From assembly GCA_944389535.1 (NCBI GenBank), contig CALXMS010000001.1, forward strand, positions 214,178 to 278,177: a stretch of 64,000 bases of DNA, in the 5' to 3' direction. This document shows, one piece after another, positions 39,217-48,747 of the stretch (positions within the stretch are counted from its first letter, which is position 1; every line of letters starts with the position of its first letter). The position numbers were made by a program, and so were the translations under genes. This DNA is from an uncultured Alphaproteobacteria bacterium. GTDB lineage: Bacteria > Pseudomonadota > Alphaproteobacteria > Rs-D84. The notes under the pieces are model-generated. The model saw only the letters and a program-made list of their open reading frames with translations. It was not told the origin of the DNA and did not search any database.

Positions 39217-39714
39217 ATGTACGTACGCCCCATCTTCGTATTTAAGACACATTTTTATGAACCATCGTATTGCGAGTTTAAAAGTTTTATTTCTTTAAAG
39301 AATTTTTTGAAAAATTTTGACTTTATGCACCCGCATGAAGTTAGTCGTTTATCAACCGGACTTCCCGTGTTTCAATTAGGCGTTAAATATGAATGCTTTT
39401 TGGAAGGTTACGTTTTTAGGTCTGATGTTAAATGGATTAGTGCTTTTTTGTGTGGACGTTATTGTAGAAAAGACCAAAACGGTAAAATGTTCGTAAGCGT
39501 TCCTTTTGATAAGGTTATAAATAATACAAACTCAGAAATTGTGTATAGAGAATATAAGGAAATACCATTCCATAAAAACATGGCAGATGCTGTAATTAAT
39601 ATTGATAAAATGCGCCAAGTTTGGCCAAAAAATTATACCACATCAGAAATGAAAAAATTTCTTGCGTCTGTTGAAAAAATTAAACGCAAAATAAGAAGAA
39701 CAAGGGTTCATTAA
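39217..39714 (+). CDS. Hypothetical protein
   Basis: 165 aa, SD AAGGA, fills the mutS-truB gap exactly; no motif recognised. Confidence 0.65.
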   Translation: MYVRPIFVFKTHFYEPSYCEFKSFISLKNFLKNFDFMHPHEVSRLSTGLPVFQLGVKYECFLEGYVFRSDVKWISAFLCGRYCRKDQNGKMFVSVPFDKVINNTNSEIVYREYKEIPFHKNMADAVINIDKMRQVWPKNYTTSEMKKFLASVEKIKRKIRRTRVH

Positions 39715-39719
39715 AATTG

Positions 39720-40595
39720 ATGTCTGGTTGGGTGATTTTAGATAAACCGTCGGGCATGTTTAGTCGTACAGCAGGTGCGCGCGTTGCACGTATGTTCGGA
39801 GTTAAAAAGTTCGGACATATTGGAACCCTTGACCCGATGGCGTCTGGTGTTTTGCCCATTGCGATTGGTGCGGCAACAAAAATGATACCTTTTGTTGAAA
39901 ATGCGTGTTCTTTGCAAAAAGAATATTTGTTTTCGGTACAATTCGGGTTTGAGACAGATACTTTGGATATAACGGGAAAGGAAATATTACGAACAGGCGT
40001 TATACCAAATAAAGAAACTGTTTTGTCGGTATTGTCAAATTTAGTTGGTGATATAGAGCAAATTCCTCCTATGTATAGCGCTGTACACATAAACGGGAAA
40101 CGTGCATATGATTTAGCTCGTCAGGGAAGGGTGATGACGGAAAACATTCCAAGTCGTAGTGTACATATAGATGAATTGACGTTGGTCGGTATAGATGAAA
40201 GCGTTTGGACGTTTAAAGTTAGTTGCAGTCGTGGCACTTACGTTCGATCTCTTGCACGGGATATAGCAAAAATGTGCGGGACCGTCGCAACTGTTAGTAT
40301 GATAATGCGTACAGAAAGCATTGGTTTAAAAATAAAAGATGCTGTAAAACTTGATTTTTTAGAAAATCTGTTTAATAATGGTGCAGATTTCAAGCAGTTC
40401 TTGAAACCAATTGATTTCGGACTGGGGGACATTCCGGTTCAGAAATTAAACGATGAACAAGCAATTTCGTATAGAAATGGCGGTTTTATCGAAATTAATG
40501 GGCATGCAGGTCTGCGTCGCGTTTATACTGATTCTGAGTTCGTCGGAATAGGGGATGTAGCAGACGGTATTTTACGCCCGAAAAGAACAATTTAA
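39720..40595 (+). CDS. truB: tRNA pseudouridine-55 synthase
   Basis: [36 protein letters not shown]. Confidence 0.97.
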   Translation: MSGWVILDKPSGMFSRTAGARVARMFGVKKFGHIGTLDPMASGVLPIAIGAATKMIPFVENACSLQKEYLFSVQFGFETDTLDITGKEILRTGVIPNKETVLSVLSNLVGDIEQIPPMYSAVHINGKRAYDLARQGRVMTENIPSRSVHIDELTLVGIDESVWTFKVSCSRGTYVRSLARDIAKMCGTVATVSMIMRTESIGLKIKDAVKLDFLENLFNNGADFKQFLKPIDFGLGDIPVQKLNDEQAISYRNGGFIEINGHAGLRRVYTDSEFVGIGDVADGILRPKRTI

Positions 40596-40612
40596 TAAAA
40601 AAAGGAAATATA

Positions 40613-40885
40613 ATGTCCATTACAAAAGAAAAAAAGAATGAACTGATTCAGGCCTATAAAACAACCGAAAAAGATAACGGTGGTTCTGCCGCATCTCAGG
40701 TTGCGGTATTAACTGAACGCATTCGTAATCTTACAGAACACATGAAGAACAACCACAAAGATGAACATTCTAAACGTGGTTTGTTGTTGATGGTAAATCG
40801 CCGTAAGAAGTTGTTGGGATACATAAAAAAACGTAATCCTGCAGAATATGAAGATCTGATTAAAAAATTAGGTCTGCGTAAATAA
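40613..40885 (+). CDS. rpsO: 30S ribosomal protein S15
   Basis: [24 protein letters not shown]. Confidence 0.98.
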   Translation: MSITKEKKNELIQAYKTTEKDNGGSAASQVAVLTERIRNLTEHMKNNHKDEHSKRGLLLMVNRRKKLLGYIKKRNPAEYEDLIKKLGLRK

Positions 40886-40887
40886 AT

Positions 40888-40912
40888 AAAACCGGCTGTT
40901 GCCGGTTTTTTA
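40888..40912 (+). terminator. Terminator after rpsO
   Basis: AAACCGGC-TGTT-GCCGGTTTTTT. Confidence 0.85.
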
Positions 40913-40919
40913 TTTTTAT

Positions 40920-41025
40920 TTGCAAAGATATAAATATCTTTTATAATCAACCAAGTGCGAAGGGGAAATTGTTCATTCTTGCATTTGTATGGAATGCAAA
41001 AACGAATAATTTTTCTTCGCTTTGG
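40920..41025 (+). promoter_or_regulatory. pnp promoter and long 5'-UTR stem-loop (RNase III-type site)
   Basis: TTGCAA-N16-TATAAT then a ~75-nt imperfect hairpin CCAAG..GCGAAG..AAATTGTTC..TTGCATT / AATGCAA..GAATAATTT..CTTCGC..TTTGG. Confidence 0.75.
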
Positions 41026-41049
41026 TAAAACTAAAAAATGGAGAAATAA

Positions 41050-43218
41050 ATGTTATTTGGTTTATTTAATAAAGAAGAAAAGGCTCATTTGAATAATCCT
41101 GTTGCTGTTGAAATACAATATGGTGATGAAACTTTGCGATTGGAAACAGGACGCATGGCAAAACAAGCAAATGGTTCTGTTTTAGCAACAATGGGCGGAA
41201 CAATGGTATTGGCAACTGTGTGTGCAGAAAAGACCGCTGTTGAAGGGCAAGATTTTTTTCCTTTAACGGTTGATTACCAAGAAAAGTTTGCTTCAGCGGG
41301 TCGTATTCCTGGGTCGCGCGATAGACGTGAAGGTAAGGCGTCAACTGGTGAAACGTTGATTGCTCGTTTGATAGATCGTCCTATTCGTCCGTTGTTCCCA
41401 GAAACATTTAAGAATAAAGTTCAGATTATCGCACAGGTGTTTTCTTATGATAAGAAAAACCAACCGGATATCTTGGCTATGATTGCTTCTTCTGCTGCGC
41501 TGGCTTTGTCTGGTGTTCCTTTTGCAGGACCGATTGGTGCGGCACGTGTTGGTTACGTTGATGGAAAGTACATTTTAAATCCTTCGAAAAAAATGACCGA
41601 AGATTCAGAAATGGATTTGGTTGTTGCGGCTACGAAAGACGGGGTGCTGATGGTCGAATCAGAAATCGGTGAATTAGACGAAGCAACGACTTTAGGTGCG
41701 GTAAAATTCGGTTTTGACGCACAGCAGGACGTTATCAAAGCAATTAATGAATTTGCGGAAAAAGCCGGTAAAGAACGTTGGGCGGTTCCGGAAAAATCTG
41801 TTGAATACGTTGCCATGGAAAAAGATTTTGAATCTTTTGCTGGTGAAGTAGAATCTGCGTTGCAAATTAAAGAAAAACTGGTGCGTTTGGAAACTTTGGG
41901 TAATATTCATGCTGAGGCAAAGGCACGTATTCCAGAATTGTTCCCAGAAACGCTAACTGCAACTTCTACTTTGGAGTCTTGGGCAGATGAAATAATAGAA
42001 AATCTGACAGCACGTATAATGCGCGGTAATATTTTGGCTGGTAAACCACGTATTGACGGTCGTGATAATAAAACCGTTCGGCCGATTGAAATTGAATTGG
42101 GCGTTCTGCCACGCGCACACGGTTCTGCTTTGTTTACACGTGGAGAAACTCAGGCTTTGGTTTCTTTAACGCTTGGTGGCGGTAAAGATGCGTTGCCTAT
42201 TGAATCTTTGGACGGGGACGAAGAACGTGACTTCATTTTAAACTATAATTTCCCAGGTTATTCCGTTGGAGAATGCAAAGGTTTAAAGTCACCTGGACGT
42301 CGTGAAATAGGGCACGGTAATTTGGCATGGCGTGCATTACATCCAATGGTACCGACGCGTTCAGAATTTGATTATGTAATTCGCGTTGTATCCGATATAT
42401 TAGAATCAAATGGTTCGTCTTCTATGGCGACAACTTGCGGTGCAACATTGGCAATGATGGACGGCGGTGTGCCGCTGAAACGTCCTGTCGCCGGTATCGC
42501 AATGGGTTTGATAAAAGAAGGTAACGATTATGCGATTTTGACGGATATCTTAGGGGATGAAGATCATTTAGGTGATATGGACTTTAAGGTAACTGGTACA
42601 GACCGTGGTATTACCGCGTTGCAGATGGATATTAAAATCACATCTATAACGTTTGAAATCATGGAACATGTGTTGGCACAGGCAAAAGAAGGGCGTATGC
42701 ATATATTGGGTAAAATTGAAAAAGCCATCAAAGCACCACGTAAGCATTTGTCAGAATTTGCCCCACAGGCGTATACCATGAAAATAAACCCTGATAAAGT
42801 TCGTGATGTGATAGGTAAGGGCGGTGCTGTAATTCAAGCTCTTACGCGTGAAACAAATACTCAAATCGATTTGTCAGACGATGGATCTATAAAAATTATG
42901 GCTACGTCAAAAGAAGATGCGGATGCAGCAATTTCTCGTATAAAGGATATTGTTGCGGAACCAGAAGTGGGCGTAATTTATCCAGGCGTTGTATCTGGTA
43001 TTAAAGATTTCGGGCTGTTTGTAAAAATATTGAACGGTTTTGAATCTATGGTTCATATTTCTGAAATTACCGGTGAAAGAATCGCAAAAATTGAAGACAC
43101 AAAAATCAAAGAAGGCGATAAAGTATTCGTAAAATATCTTGGTGCAGACAAACGTGGTAAAACGCGGATGTCTATGGTAGATATTGATCAGAAAACCGGT
43201 AAAGAAATCGAAAAATAA
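41050..43218 (+). CDS. pnp: Polyribonucleotide nucleotidyltransferase
   Basis: DFFPLTVDY, FTRGETQ, RREIGHG, SNGSSSMA, GDMDFK, KH and S1 domains. Confidence 0.98.
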   Translation: MLFGLFNKEEKAHLNNPVAVEIQYGDETLRLETGRMAKQANGSVLATMGGTMVLATVCAEKTAVEGQDFFPLTVDYQEKFASAGRIPGSRDRREGKASTGETLIARLIDRPIRPLFPETFKNKVQIIAQVFSYDKKNQPDILAMIASSAALALSGVPFAGPIGAARVGYVDGKYILNPSKKMTEDSEMDLVVAATKDGVLMVESEIGELDEATTLGAVKFGFDAQQDVIKAINEFAEKAGKERWAVPEKSVEYVAMEKDFESFAGEVESALQIKEKLVRLETLGNIHAEAKARIPELFPETLTATSTLESWADEIIENLTARIMRGNILAGKPRIDGRDNKTVRPIEIELGVLPRAHGSALFTRGETQALVSLTLGGGKDALPIESLDGDEERDFILNYNFPGYSVGECKGLKSPGRREIGHGNLAWRALHPMVPTRSEFDYVIRVVSDILESNGSSSMATTCGATLAMMDGGVPLKRPVAGIAMGLIKEGNDYAILTDILGDEDHLGDMDFKVTGTDRGITALQMDIKITSITFEIMEHVLAQAKEGRMHILGKIEKAIKAPRKHLSEFAPQAYTMKINPDKVRDVIGKGGAVIQALTRETNTQIDLSDDGSIKIMATSKEDADAAISRIKDIVAEPEVGVIYPGVVSGIKDFGLFVKILNGFESMVHISEITGERIAKIEDTKIKEGDKVFVKYLGADKRGKTRMSMVDIDQKTGKEIEK

Positions 43219-43273
43219 CTTTTAAAGTAGCCCCATTAACGTGGGGCGCTTTTACAACACGGTGGAGAATAAA

Positions 43274-43573
43274 ATGGATATGGAAGCCTTAATGGCGCAG
43301 GCCAGTGAGTTACAAGATAAAGTTACGGCCGCACAGGAAAAATTATCTTTAATGCATGTTAAAGGCATATCAGGTAATGGTTCCGTTATTATTGATATGA
43401 ATGGTAAATACGATATTGCTAATATAACCATAAGTGACGATCTGGCTTTAAAAGGTGGTAAGGCTGTTGCGGAAATGGTTGCGTTAGCTTATAACGATGC
43501 AAAGGCTAAGGCTGATGAATTAATAGATAACGTAATGGGAGAAGCAACGGCAAGCATTCCGATGCCGGAATAA
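43274..43573 (+). CDS. ybaB: YbaB/EbfC nucleoid-associated protein
   Basis: LMAQA..LQ, GISGNGSV, AYNDA; SD GGAG before MDMEAL. Confidence 0.88.
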   Translation: MDMEALMAQASELQDKVTAAQEKLSLMHVKGISGNGSVIIDMNGKYDIANITISDDLALKGGKAVAEMVALAYNDAKAKADELIDNVMGEATASIPMPE

Positions 43574-43621
43574 AAAACTGGACAAGCGCAAAAAAATGAT
43601 TTATTATTTGGCCACTGTTTG

Positions 43622-43698
43622 GGATGTTTAGCTCAGTTGATTAGAGCATCTCGTTTACACCGAGAGGGTCGGGGGTTTGAGTCCCTCAACATCCACCA
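43622..43698 (+). tRNA. tRNA-Val(TAC)
   Basis: GGATGTT acceptor, TCTCG-TT-TAC-AC-CGAGA, ACCA; promoter TGGACA-N17-TATTAT upstream. Confidence 0.95.
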
Positions 43699-43708
43699 AG
43701 TCATAATG

Positions 43709-43735
43709 AACCGCCCGTAAAGGGCGGTTTCGTTT
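43709..43735. terminator. Terminator after tRNA-Val
   Basis: AACCGCCC-GTAAA-GGGCGGTT. Confidence 0.75.
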
Positions 43736-43737
43736 AG

Positions 43738-44466
43738 TTATCTAGCATTCTTTTCATGCCATTTTATGGCATTTTTTATATATGCTTTGGCTAATTCCGC
43801 ATCAAATTTTGTTGTCCCGGGAGTTTTTAAATTATGTTCTGCATCAATCCAAATTTGATAAGAACTCGGTACGATTAAAGATATTTCTGTTAAGTTATCG
43901 TATACGTTTTCTGCATCTAACCCACCAGAATACCCGTGCTTATATCCACATGAATATGGGATTTCCCAACGTTTAGGTAAAATACTTGATTCATAAGATG
44001 AGTTATAAAGAAGTGAAATTTTTAAACCCGACTTATATAATTTATTTATAAACGATAGTATTATCGGATTTCTATTACAAGAAAATATGAATTCTTTGTC
44101 TGGGTTGTTTTTTATTATATTTTGTATGTTATTTGTATCATTTAAGTACATGTTACTGGTAATATTAAGTTGCCATCTGCGTATTAGTGATCCGCCTTTT
44201 TTATCTTTTTTATGCATTAATCTGTTTGCATCCGGGTCAATTTTTCCTGCACAGAAATCTGAACAAAGTTTACCGTTTATATGTAACGCAAGATTCATGG
44301 TTTCAGAATCTTTTAGTGATAATAATTGTTCAAGCCATTTATATGTAGTACTTGTATTTGCTGTAACCCCGATTTCTACAAGTGGCGATTGTTTGGACAA
44401 ATCAATAAGCTTATCATAAGATAGTTCTTCGTTTACTCCGGAACAGGTGATATAACGTAGTTTCAT
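43738..44466 (-). CDS. TrpF/PRAI-like TIM-barrel protein, paralogue 3 (most diverged)
   Basis: LRYITCS, RRWQLN, GYSGGL..ENV, WIDAE shared with the two neighbours. Confidence 0.65.
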   Translation of the reverse strand: MKLRYITCSGVNEELSYDKLIDLSKQSPLVEIGVTANTSTTYKWLEQLLSLKDSETMNLALHINGKLCSDFCAGKIDPDANRLMHKKDKKGGSLIRRWQLNITSNMYLNDTNNIQNIIKNNPDKEFIFSCNRNPIILSFINKLYKSGLKISLLYNSSYESSILPKRWEIPYSCGYKHGYSGGLDAENVYDNLTEISLIVPSSYQIWIDAEHNLKTPGTTKFDAELAKAYIKNAIKWHEKNAR

Positions 44467-44619
44467 TTTATGCCTTTAGTATTTGTAATGTGATATAATG
44501 CTAGTACAAATGATAAAATGTTGTCAATCATTCAAAACTAAAGAAATATTTGCGTCTTTAATTGCAGATTTAAATTATTATGTTTATAATAGTTTACGTT
44601 ATTAAATAAGGAGAAATGT

Positions 44620-45267
44620 ATGAAAAATTTTTTTAGTGTTATGGCTATGATTTCTTTATTAAGCGCGTGTGCGACTGTAAATCCATATACTGGCGAAGCG
44701 CAAACGTCAAAAGCGGTATGGGGAACGGCTATTGGTGCCGCAACTGGTGCCGCAACAGGTGCGTTGGTTGCAAAAAATAGCGGGGCAGGGGCCTTGGTTG
44801 GTGGTTTGGCTGGGGCCGCACTTGGTGGCGGGGTCGGTTATTATCTGGACGCACAAGAGGCAGAATTGCGTCAAGAACTGGCTTCTACGGGTGTAAGCGT
44901 TGTTCGTGACGGAGATAGCATTCGTTTGATTATGCCGGGTAACATCACTTTTAAAACAGATTCTTCTGATATAAATGCAGGTTTTTATGCAACCTTAAAT
45001 TCTGTGGCGAAGGTATTAAATAAATACGATAATTCAACTGTAATGGTTCTGGGGTATACGGATAGTACCGGCAGCGCAGAATATAATCAGACTTTGTCTC
45101 AGCAACGTGCGAACGCTGTGGCAGCATATTTACAGGGGCAGGGTGTAAAATCGTCAAGGTTTGAAATAATGGGGCTTGGGTCTTCAAATCCTATTGCGTC
45201 GAATACGACGGCTGAAGGACGTCAGCAAAACCGTAGAGTGGAAATAAAAATTATACCGAATAAGTAA
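44620..45267 (+). CDS. OmpA-family lipoprotein with glycine zipper (YiaD-like)
   Basis: Lipobox LSAC, Gly zipper, GYTDSTG..YNQ.LS.QRA, NRRVEI. Confidence 0.92.
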   Translation: MKNFFSVMAMISLLSACATVNPYTGEAQTSKAVWGTAIGAATGAATGALVAKNSGAGALVGGLAGAALGGGVGYYLDAQEAELRQELASTGVSVVRDGDSIRLIMPGNITFKTDSSDINAGFYATLNSVAKVLNKYDNSTVMVLGYTDSTGSAEYNQTLSQQRANAVAAYLQGQGVKSSRFEIMGLGSSNPIASNTTAEGRQQNRRVEIKIIPNK

Positions 45268-45270
45268 AAT

Positions 45271-45294
45271 AAAAACCCGCAAACGCGGGTTTTT
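45271..45294. terminator. Bidirectional terminator
   Basis: AAAAACCCGC-AAAC-GCGGGTTTTT. Confidence 0.8.
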
Positions 45295-46045
45295 ATTTTT
45301 GTTTTTGTTCCCAAATTAATGCAGCTTTTATATATTTTTCCGCACGATATAAGTCAAATACACGGGTCCCAGGTTTCATTAATCGTCCTTCTGCGTCAAT
45401 CCATATGTCTCTTCTGTTGCCGGCAACCTTTGCGATTTTATCAAGATTTTCTGTTACGTTTTCAGGTGATAATCCGCCGGCATACCCTTGATAGTGTTCA
45501 AAGTAAACAGGTCTTTGCCATGAAACAGGTGTGATGCCGTTGCCATATGACGCATCAAATAATAAAGAAAATCTTACCCCTGTGTTATTAAGTTTATCAA
45601 TGAATTTTTGTAACTGAGCATTAGTATTATAAGGAAAAATGAACTCATAACCTGGGTATGATGATATTATTTTAGCGACTTGTTTAGCTTTAGGGGTTAT
45701 GGTATTATCTCCTATATTTAGTTGCCAGCGTTTAATTAACGGAGTTCCTGTTATTTTATGTTTACGGTTTAATAACATTTGTAGTTCTGGCGGAATTCTG
45801 CCAGTACAGAAAGCATTACACCAATCATAATTTACATGTAATGCAATATTTAATGGGGTATATAAAGAATTTGATGTATCTAAAATTTTATTTAACCAAG
45901 CATTTCTAGGTTTTCCGTTGGCCATATTAGAACTATGTGCCTGGACGCCTATTTCTACCTTTGGTGATATTTTTAACAAATTAATAACATCGTTGACCAG
46001 TATGTTTTCTCTGATGTCTGAACAAGTTATATAGCGTAGGTTCAT
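45293..46045 (-). CDS. TrpF/PRAI-like TIM-barrel protein, paralogue 2
   Basis: ITCS, LLFDASYGNG, GYAGGLSPENV, WIDAE. Confidence 0.7.
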   Translation of the reverse strand: MNLRYITCSDIRENILVNDVINLLKISPKVEIGVQAHSSNMANGKPRNAWLNKILDTSNSLYTPLNIALHVNYDWCNAFCTGRIPPELQMLLNRKHKITGTPLIKRWQLNIGDNTITPKAKQVAKIISSYPGYEFIFPYNTNAQLQKFIDKLNNTGVRFSLLFDASYGNGITPVSWQRPVYFEHYQGYAGGLSPENVTENLDKIAKVAGNRRDIWIDAEGRLMKPGTRVFDLYRAEKYIKAALIWEQKQK

Positions 46046-46059
46046 TTATTACCCTTTTA

Positions 46060-46821
46060 TTATTTAGAATTTTGCCATTTTAAGGCGGCGCTTATGTATT
46101 GTTTAGCCCTATTTATATCAAATTTTTTTGTTTCGGGATTTTTTAGTTTACTTTCTGCATCAATCCATACATCTGTTCTATCTTTGGTAACGAGCTTGAT
46201 TTTATCAAGGTTTTCCGTAACGTTTTCTGGTGACAAACCGCCTGCATAACCTTGGGGGTGATTTGTATATAAAGGCGCGGCCCAATTTTTGTTTGTTTTT
46301 CCTGTACCGCAAGATACATCATATAATAACGAGAATTTTGATCCCGTTTCATTTAAACGCTTTATGTTATAGCATTCTGATGGTCCATATTGAAAAATAA
46401 ACTCGTTATCAGAAAATGATTTTAATAATTTAGCGATTTCTTCTGGATTAAAAATTTTAGTTTTACTGCCATAAACATTTATTTGCCAGCGACGTATTAC
46501 TGGGGTACCGTCTGTACGAGTTAATGATAACCAATTTTTTATCTCTGGTGCCAAGATTCCTTGGCAGAAATTATCACACCATTCCATGTTTACATGAACT
46601 GCCAGATTTGGGGCCTTTGGCATATATAAACTTTCTTTTAAAAGTCTATTAAACCATTGGTTACGTGGCATACCGTCCGACATTTTAGATGGGTGTGCCT
46701 GTACGGCTATTTCTACAATCGGTGCAGTTTGAGATAATCGTAACACTGCTTCTACGGCAACGGTTTCTCTTGGATCTGAACAGGTTATGTAACGTAGTCT
46801 CATTTTATTCTCCTTTTGCAT
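46060..46821 (-). CDS. TrpF/PRAI-like TIM-barrel protein, paralogue 1
   Basis: ITCS, LLYDVSCGTG, GYAGGLSPENV, WIDAE; start may be the second Met (46803). Confidence 0.7.
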   Translation of the reverse strand: MQKENKMRLRYITCSDPRETVAVEAVLRLSQTAPIVEIAVQAHPSKMSDGMPRNQWFNRLLKESLYMPKAPNLAVHVNMEWCDNFCQGILAPEIKNWLSLTRTDGTPVIRRWQINVYGSKTKIFNPEEIAKLLKSFSDNEFIFQYGPSECYNIKRLNETGSKFSLLYDVSCGTGKTNKNWAAPLYTNHPQGYAGGLSPENVTENLDKIKLVTKDRTDVWIDAESKLKNPETKKFDINRAKQYISAALKWQNSK

Positions 46822-47908
46822 TATTTAAACGCAATTGACCGCAAGCACTCCCTATGTCCTGACCGCGTTCCCGTCTAATTCGTGTATGAATTCCGTTTTT
46901 AATTAAAATATCCTGAAATTTATGGACTGCGTTACCAGATGGTGATGCAAAATCACGTTCATCAACGGCATTCCATGGTATCAAATTTACCATACAGTTT
47001 TTGTTTTTTAGTAACTCAGATAATTTTTCTGCAAGTTCTGAAGTACAGTTGAATAATTCTACTTCGCCAGAAGAATTCTTTTTACCCAGTAATATATATT
47101 CTATCATCAGTTGACGATTATGCAGGTCAGAAAATTCAAAAGCTGCATTTAATACTTCTTCCAGTTTATACTTATTGTTTATCGGCATAATCTGGCTGCG
47201 TAATTCATTTATCGGTGCGTGCAAAGATATTGCTAAGTTTATAGGACGTCCCCATTCTGTAAGTTTCTTTATCCCAGGAACTATACCACACGTAGAAAGC
47301 GTTATTTTGCGCCAACCTATGCCCATATCAGAATTTGCACGTTCAACGAAGCCAATAACATTTTCAACGTTTTGTAATGGTTCACCGGTTCCCATGATTA
47401 CAATATGAGATACGTCATCGTTATTGGCATCACCGTTTGGGCGAATTGGTTTGTTCGATAATTTGTCGTTACGTAATTCCCATTGTGCGACTAAAATCTG
47501 GGAATAAATTTCATTTACTGTCAAATTTCTTTTTAACCCCAGCAATGTGCTTGCACAGAACTTACAACCCATTGCACAACCTGCCTGAGAGCTGACGCAA
47601 ACACTATTTCCATAACTTGTGCGCATTAGTACGCATTCTATTTGTTCTGTATCGTTTAACTCTAATAAAAATTTAGTTGTCTGACCGTCAGAAGATTCCA
47701 GTTTTTTTACTATTCGTACCGGTAAAGTTTGGGCACAGGCATCCAAGTCTTGACGTAATTGTTCCGGCAGGTTTTTCATAGATTGAAAATTTGGTGCACC
47801 GCGGTTCAGCCAATCTTTGATTTGTTTCGCACGAAACTTTGGTTGCCCAAGTTTAGCAACGAATTCATTTAGTTCTGTTTCTGTAAAATTAAATAATATG
47901 GGCTTCAT
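46805..47908 (-). CDS. rlmN: Dual-specificity RNA methyltransferase RlmN
   Basis: CVSSQAGCAMGCKFC, MGTGEP, ISLHA, ACGQL. Confidence 0.97.
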   Translation of the reverse strand: MKPILFNFTETELNEFVAKLGQPKFRAKQIKDWLNRGAPNFQSMKNLPEQLRQDLDACAQTLPVRIVKKLESSDGQTTKFLLELNDTEQIECVLMRTSYGNSVCVSSQAGCAMGCKFCASTLLGLKRNLTVNEIYSQILVAQWELRNDKLSNKPIRPNGDANNDDVSHIVIMGTGEPLQNVENVIGFVERANSDMGIGWRKITLSTCGIVPGIKKLTEWGRPINLAISLHAPINELRSQIMPINNKYKLEEVLNAAFEFSDLHNRQLMIEYILLGKKNSSGEVELFNCTSELAEKLSELLKNKNCMVNLIPWNAVDERDFASPSGNAVHKFQDILIKNGIHTRIRRERGQDIGSACGQLRLNNAKGE

Positions 47909-48726
47909 AATTTATATCTATCATCGTTTATTACGACAACTGCTTTACGCCTTAATTGCTTTAATTGCTGGTCGGCAACGAACATTGCCTGCTTGAATTG
48001 AGCGTTTTGTTCTATCATATCATCAAGCTTTCCATATTCAGACGTTTTTTTCGTGTCACAAACAAGTATAACTGACCTATCAACAACCGGAGACCACGTT
48101 AATTTCGGTAAGGTTGCGACTCTTTCACGAATGTCTTCTGCCAGTTCATATTGTAATGCAGTAAATTTTTGCGGCGCACCGCCTAAGTTACGTGCCATTT
48201 GCATGGCGTCATCGCAACTGGACGGTTTCGTAAGTTTCGTTGCCACATCGGCTGGAATATCGACTAGTCTTATCAGCGTCATTTCAATTGGTAAACCTTG
48301 TTCTCGTGCGATTTCTGCGCGTTCTGCCGCTATGTCGGCATCAGTTATATCAACTGTCGGTAAAATGGTTCTGGCAACAATTATCTGCCACGCAATTTCT
48401 GCACGCATGGCGGATAAAGCCATTTCTCGTTCTGTTTCAGATAAACTGCCTAAGTTCATTTTTTTTAATTCTTTTTCTACGGTCTTGTCATCTGGCACGA
48501 CATTGAAATTCTTGGCATAGGCAAGTTTTACATTGTCATCAATTATGTTTTGTAGCGCTATTCTGCGATTGTCTGTAGATGCATTACCTTGTTTGGCCAT
48601 TAAAGTTGTTCGGGCTGTGATATCTGCATCTGTTATCGGCGTGCCGTTTACAGATGCAATTACAGATACGGCATACGTTGGTATTGTAAACATTATTGAA
48701 AAAAGTACTGTAAACAGTTTTTTCAT
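47905..48726 (-). CDS. surA: SurA-like periplasmic chaperone
   Basis: Signal peptide, ASVNGTPIT..DI..R, QLRRKAVV; downstream of lptD. Confidence 0.8.
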   Translation of the reverse strand: MKKLFTVLFSIMFTIPTYAVSVIASVNGTPITDADITARTTLMAKQGNASTDNRRIALQNIIDDNVKLAYAKNFNVVPDDKTVEKELKKMNLGSLSETEREMALSAMRAEIAWQIIVARTILPTVDITDADIAAERAEIAREQGLPIEMTLIRLVDIPADVATKLTKPSSCDDAMQMARNLGGAPQKFTALQYELAEDIRERVATLPKLTWSPVVDRSVILVCDTKKTSEYGKLDDMIEQNAQFKQAMFVADQQLKQLRRKAVVVINDDRYKL

Positions 48727-48747
48727 GTAAATCTTTCCTTTGCTTTT

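Noticed and set aside
43622-46821. tRNA-Val-anchored genomic island
   Set aside because: No integrase or duplicated tRNA 3' end; paralogue 1 is coupled to rlmN
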